Source: Candidatus Thorarchaeota archaeon (lineage in GTDB: Archaea > Asgardarchaeota > Thorarchaeia > Thorarchaeales > Thorarchaeaceae). From it: DNA of 29,849 nucleotides. Below, piece after piece: positions 26,152 through 29,849 of the stretch; positions within the stretch are counted from its first letter, which is position 1; each line of letters starts with the position of its first letter. The translations under genes and the position numbers were made by a program. Below the pieces are notes generated by a model that saw nothing but the letters and a program-made list of their open reading frames with translations, was not told the DNA's origin and did no database searches. The stretch covers positions 1 through 29,849 of the forward strand of contig JAEOUG010000033.1 of the NCBI GenBank assembly GCA_016839445.1, in the 5' to 3' direction.

Positions 26152-27291
26152 CTAGATGCACCTGTGGATGACTTCGGGCCCGACTTCCTCGAACTCCTTC
26201 TTGGTGACCCACATCTTCTGGAAGGTCTTGAGGGAGCCTAGGATGCTGCCGCCAATCCAGACAGAGTACTGTCTCTCAGGTGGTGCAATGATGCGGACCT
26301 CGATGTTCTCGGGAACCAGCTCGGTGATCTCCTTGTGGAGTCTCTCCTTGAGTCCTGGGAACATGGTGGAGCCGCCTGATAGCACGATGTTGGCGTACAG
26401 GTCACGTCGCAAGTCGACGTCGCAGGCCTTGATTGACTCGACAATGTGCTCGTCGAGTGGCATTGTGTCCAGACCAATGGCGCTGGGGTTGAAGAACAGC
26501 TCGGGAGCCTGGAACCTCTCTGCACCAACGGTGATGACCTCACCGTCAGGAAGCATATAGGGCTTGTCGACTCCAGCCTTGTCAGCGACGGTCCTCTCCC
26601 TCTCGGGATCAAGGGCCACGTAACAGAGCTTCTCCTTCACATCACGGACAATCTCCTTCTCAGCACCGCTCACGAAGGAGTAGCCTCTCGTCCTGAGCAG
26701 CCTGCGGAGATATTCGGTGATGTCTCTTCCAGCCAGGTCAATCCTCCTGATGGCGTGGTTGATCGAGAAGCCCTCATAGATAGGAACTATGTGGGTGACA
26801 CCATCGCCTGAGTCGATGACCAGACCAGTGGTCCTACCAGATGCGTACAGTGAGAGTACGGCCTGAGTGGCAACGTACACTGCGGGCACTCCGAAGTTGT
26901 CAAACATGACGGAGGCCATGCGCTCTCTGTTCTCTCTGGGGTTGAATGGTGCTTCAGTCAGAAGTACCGGATTCTCGCTTGGGTCTATCTTGAGATCGTT
27001 GTAGAACGTGTAGCTCCAGATCTTCTCAATAGCATCCCAGTCTTCTACGATTCCGTGAGAGATCGGATAGACCAGACGTAGGACACCACGGAGGTTGATA
27101 GCCTCTTCACCGATGTAGTAATCTCTTGTATAGTGGTCCACGTCTGTCATTATTGACTCGTATCGTGGATATCCAATCAGTGTAGGCCAGACACTTCGTG
27201 GCTGATCTTCGCCGGCGTATCCGTTCTTGCTCAAACCAGTGCCGTTGTCGATGACAACGGGCTTTGCGCCAAGAAACTCGTCTTCAGCCAT
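26152..27291 (-). CDS. Asgard actin (lokiactin-type)
   Basis: [72 protein letters not shown]: near eukaryotic actin consensus. Confidence 0.97.
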   Translation of the reverse strand: MAEDEFLGAKPVVIDNGTGLSKNGYAGEDQPRSVWPTLIGYPRYESIMTDVDHYTRDYYIGEEAINLRGVLRLVYPISHGIVEDWDAIEKIWSYTFYNDLKIDPSENPVLLTEAPFNPRENRERMASVMFDNFGVPAVYVATQAVLSLYASGRTTGLVIDSGDGVTHIVPIYEGFSINHAIRRIDLAGRDITEYLRRLLRTRGYSFVSGAEKEIVRDVKEKLCYVALDPERERTVADKAGVDKPYMLPDGEVITVGAERFQAPELFFNPSAIGLDTMPLDEHIVESIKACDVDLRRDLYANIVLSGGSTMFPGLKERLHKEITELVPENIEVRIIAPPERQYSVWIGGSILGSLKTFQKMWVTKKEFEEVGPEVIHRCI

Positions 27292-27399
27292 TTGTTTTCG
27301 GTCCTCGCATTGTGTTGTTGGATGTCCCCATCAGAAGGGGGCACCATTTCAGTTCAGAATTCTTAGAACTCTGTGCTGCTGTATTGTCGCTGCCAGTCG

Positions 27400-27407
27400 T
27401 ATTTAAG
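27400..27407 (-). promoter_or_regulatory. Probable TATA box of the actin gene
   Basis: CTTAAATA on the minus strand in an AT-rich intergenic region, about 110 nt upstream of ATG; SD-like GAGGA near the start. Confidence 0.5.
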
Positions 27408-27539
27408 CATACGTCGTTCAGCTATCAATTACTTCGAAAGGTATATGACCTATGTATATGGAGGGGTGTTTTCGTTGCGTTTTTCGGCGTTCTGGCAGCT
27501 ATACTATAGATAAGTATATTATCTAACTACTTGTGATTA

Positions 27540-28652
27540 CTAGTTAATATCTCCGCGAGAGCTGCTCTCCTGGCCCATTGGTCGCCCAAGCCTGCGAGCC
27601 ATCAGCGTCACCAATACGAACAGGATAGCACCGATGAAGAGGGAGATCTCCCATCCAATCGCGAACCCATGGAGCACGTAACCTAGAGACAGGAAGATGC
27701 CTGTGAATAGCTGTCCGACGATAGTGGCCCAGTTTGCCGGGGCAAGCATCTCGCTTCTGTCATGGTACCTAACGGCGGTAATGATGCCGAGAGCCGCAAG
27801 GGGTAATGTGGCCAGCCCAAGGAGAGACTCAAGACGAGTCAAGTCGAGAGCAGTCGTCACGACAATGCTTGTGTAGACCGCGGCCATCATGATTGCGTAT
27901 CCCCATGATGCTCTCCTACGACCGAGCCGGACAACCAGCGTCCGCTTTCCTGCATCCCGATCTGCAACATAGTCAGGGAATTCATTGATGTAGAGGACTA
28001 GAGCAATGAGTATTGATGGAGGTATAGAGATGAAGCCCGCTTCGAAGAAGACGTCGAAGGGAATGACGAGGGGCCACTTTAGAGGTATGGGAGTCTGCAC
28101 CTGGACATAGAAGGAGCCGACCACCATCAAGAACCCAAACACGAATCCGATGACTATCTCGCCAATACCCCGCTTGACCAACCTGATGGGAGGTGTCGAA
28201 TAGAACAGACCGAAGAAGGCACCCACAAGTCCAAAGGCGAGCACTACCCATCCCAGACGGATCACTAGGTAGAGCCCAATGAGTCCCGCTATGGCATAAC
28301 ATACTACAGCGCCAATGGCGACCTCCCGAGGGGTTAGTAGGCCCTGCTGGATTGTCCTACTACCGCCACTGTAGGGTCGGATGAATTCGACATTGATGTC
28401 GTCGCTGCCGCGTAGGTCTTCAGTGTGGTCGAAGTAGTCATTTGCCACATCTGCCCCCCAGTGAAGGAAGATACCGGCGGCAAGTGTGAGCAAGAAGAGG
28501 TCCAGGTGGTAGACACCGTGAAGCCCAAACGCCACGGCAGTACCAACGAAGATGGGGACGGTCGAGGCAGGAAGTATACCCAGCTTTACTTCCTGCAGCC
28601 ACGCTCTGATCTTTGATGGTTTCTCCCTCGTTTCAGTCAAGCCAGATTCCAT
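27540..28652 (-). CDS. menA: UbiA-family prenyltransferase, MenA-like (DHNA polyprenyltransferase)
   Basis: ANDYFD, SGGSR, YSTPP, NEFPDYVADRDAGKRTLVVRLG. Confidence 0.8.
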   Translation of the reverse strand: MESGLTETREKPSKIRAWLQEVKLGILPASTVPIFVGTAVAFGLHGVYHLDLFLLTLAAGIFLHWGADVANDYFDHTEDLRGSDDINVEFIRPYSGGSRTIQQGLLTPREVAIGAVVCYAIAGLIGLYLVIRLGWVVLAFGLVGAFFGLFYSTPPIRLVKRGIGEIVIGFVFGFLMVVGSFYVQVQTPIPLKWPLVIPFDVFFEAGFISIPPSILIALVLYINEFPDYVADRDAGKRTLVVRLGRRRASWGYAIMMAAVYTSIVVTTALDLTRLESLLGLATLPLAALGIITAVRYHDRSEMLAPANWATIVGQLFTGIFLSLGYVLHGFAIGWEISLFIGAILFVLVTLMARRLGRPMGQESSSRGDIN

Positions 28653-28732
28653 CCGAGCCTTGCGGGTAGACCAAACTAAGAAAAGGCTTACTCATGTCTT
28701 GTCTTCATTATTCATTTCAACAATGGTTAAAC

Positions 28733-28748
28733 GTAATAAGTATAAAAG
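28733..28748 (+). promoter_or_regulatory. TATA box upstream of the wHTH-CARF-like gene
   Basis: TATAAAAG at 28741-28748 with a purine-rich upstream segment, in an AT-rich divergent intergenic region. Confidence 0.6.
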
Positions 28749-28795
28749 GTACGTACATAGATTCGGCTCTGACGCGCAGTGCGAGGCCTGCCGCA

Positions 28796-29569
28796 ATGAT
28801 TGACATGAGTCTTGAGAGTGCCATACGAATTGAGATAGAGACCGTGGAGGCAAGGAGAATAATCCTGGATCAGCTGGAGGGAGGTCTCAAGACAGGAGCA
28901 GAGCTGAGGGAGGCCATAGCGAAACACGACAAGGCCATCATGCTGAAGGACGGGGCATCCCGAAAGAAGGTTGCTGAATACGAAGTCACTAGTCCAAAGC
29001 TCTACCACAATACAAAGAAACTGGAGGACTTGGGAGTCATCGTGAGCTGGAAGCAGTCACAATACCGTCTATATGAGCTTGAACCAAGGGCGGTCCATCC
29101 AGTTCGCAGAGCTCTGGGCATATCCAAGCCATTGATGTATGTAGCATCTCTCAGCAAGCCGGAAGACCAGCGGCCATTCGTGCAATGGCTTGCAGGAAAC
29201 CCGAAGTTCAACCCGAGGAAGCTGATGATATTCGTGGAAGCCAGACACTGGACCAGAGGAGTCTCAAGAATCGTGGACAGATTCATCCCTGATGAGGCCT
29301 TTCGTAGATGGACTACAGAATGGAGGGAAGTCCCAGACAATCTCACTGGAACAGAAGAAGGGCTCGAGTACGGAAGTCTTCAGGAGACATGTGACTTCAT
29401 TGAGAACAACATCCTGACATTGCTTCCGGCGCATGATATGGTGTTCGACCTAACGCTAGGGCCTCCACTAATAGCTCTCTCGCTGTCCAAGCTCTCGAAC
29501 GAGTACTCGATACCTGCGTTTCACGTTTCGCGCTATGATGTGGAGGATTCAGAGATAAGCTTCTTCTAA
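28796..29569 (+). CDS. Winged-HTH (ArsR/PadR-like) + C-terminal CARF-like Rossmann domain protein
   Basis: RRIILDQL...TGAEL...KLYHNTKKLEDLGVI...RLYEL wHTH; C-terminal MVFDLTLGPPLIALSL...IPAFHV resembles the CARF (D/N)xTxG motif. Start at ATG 28796, downstream of the TATA box. Confidence 0.65.
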   Translation: MIDMSLESAIRIEIETVEARRIILDQLEGGLKTGAELREAIAKHDKAIMLKDGASRKKVAEYEVTSPKLYHNTKKLEDLGVIVSWKQSQYRLYELEPRAVHPVRRALGISKPLMYVASLSKPEDQRPFVQWLAGNPKFNPRKLMIFVEARHWTRGVSRIVDRFIPDEAFRRWTTEWREVPDNLTGTEEGLEYGSLQETCDFIENNILTLLPAHDMVFDLTLGPPLIALSLSKLSNEYSIPAFHVSRYDVEDSEISFF

Positions 29570-29580
29570 GGTGAGGCATC

Positions 29581-29849
29581 ATGGGGAAGGACAAGACGAA
29601 ACTCAGCATGAGGCCTGTGCAGCTGCATGGGAAGATAGACAGGATCCATGAGGCGATAGAAAGGACAAGGTCAATCACACCCCCGGGTAATACAAGACTG
29701 CTCAACAAGCTGGACCGGTGGACAGAGGACATTGACTACATCAGGAAGTCCCTGAAGAAGGTCCGAAGTGAACTCCAACCCAGAATTGAGAAGGATCTTC
29801 GTCTGAGAATCAAGAACGATGACCTCCTTCAAGTGGCCATGTTCCAGCC
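29581..29849 (+). CDS. Partial ORF, probable ribonuclease III domain protein (runs off right edge; not in ORF track)
   Basis: SD GGTGAGG then ATG 29581, open to the end of the window: MGKDKTKLSMRPVQLHGK...IEKDLRLRIKNDDLLQVAMFQP, matching the RNase III entry pattern LExxLGYxFxNxxLLxxAxxHxS. Catalytic motif not visible. Confidence 0.55.
   Translation, partial: MGKDKTKLSMRPVQLHGKIDRIHEAIERTRSITPPGNTRLLNKLDRWTEDIDYIRKSLKKVRSELQPRIEKDLRLRIKNDDLLQVAMFQ

Noticed and set aside
27231-27347. Out-of-frame upstream ATG ORF in the actin leader overlapping the actin start
   Set aside because: No SD or coding signal; such a short ORF is expected by chance.
28694-28795. N-terminal extension of the 291-aa ORF
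   Set aside because: It spans the TATA box and AT-rich intergenic DNA; ATG 28796 is the more plausible start.
1-29849. CRISPR array, IS element or provirus
   Set aside because: No regularly spaced repeats, terminal inverted repeats, transposase, integrase or capsid genes seen; the intergenic gaps are too short.

Overview
Gene-dense archaeal chromosomal window. It is inferred to be Asgard (probably Thorarchaeia) from a bona fide actin, a two-domain gelsolin and two tandem longin-like/small-GTPase fusions. One of the GTPases runs off the left edge and is missing from the ORF track. Housekeeping content: an intron-containing tRNA-Ser(GGA), L-asparaginase, RNase Z, TrmB and Lrp-like regulators, RdgB, an LLM oxidoreductase, an M20 hydrolase, Fpg/Nei, an orphan beta-class DNA methyltransferase, a 4Fe-4S protein, a NYN-LOTUS nuclease, a PAS histidine kinase, MFS and ArsB/NhaD transporters, an APH-family kinase and MenA. 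Main candidates for something new: (1) an MCM-like protein with no recognisable ATPase motifs, apparently co-transcribed with the orphan methyltransferase; (2) the tandem longin-GTPase paralogue pair; (3) a wHTH plus CARF-like gene directly upstream of an RNase III-like gene at the right edge. A secreted metallophosphoesterase is split by a -1 frameshift. No CRISPR array, transposase or integrase was seen. All family calls come from motif recognition by eye; no database search was run.
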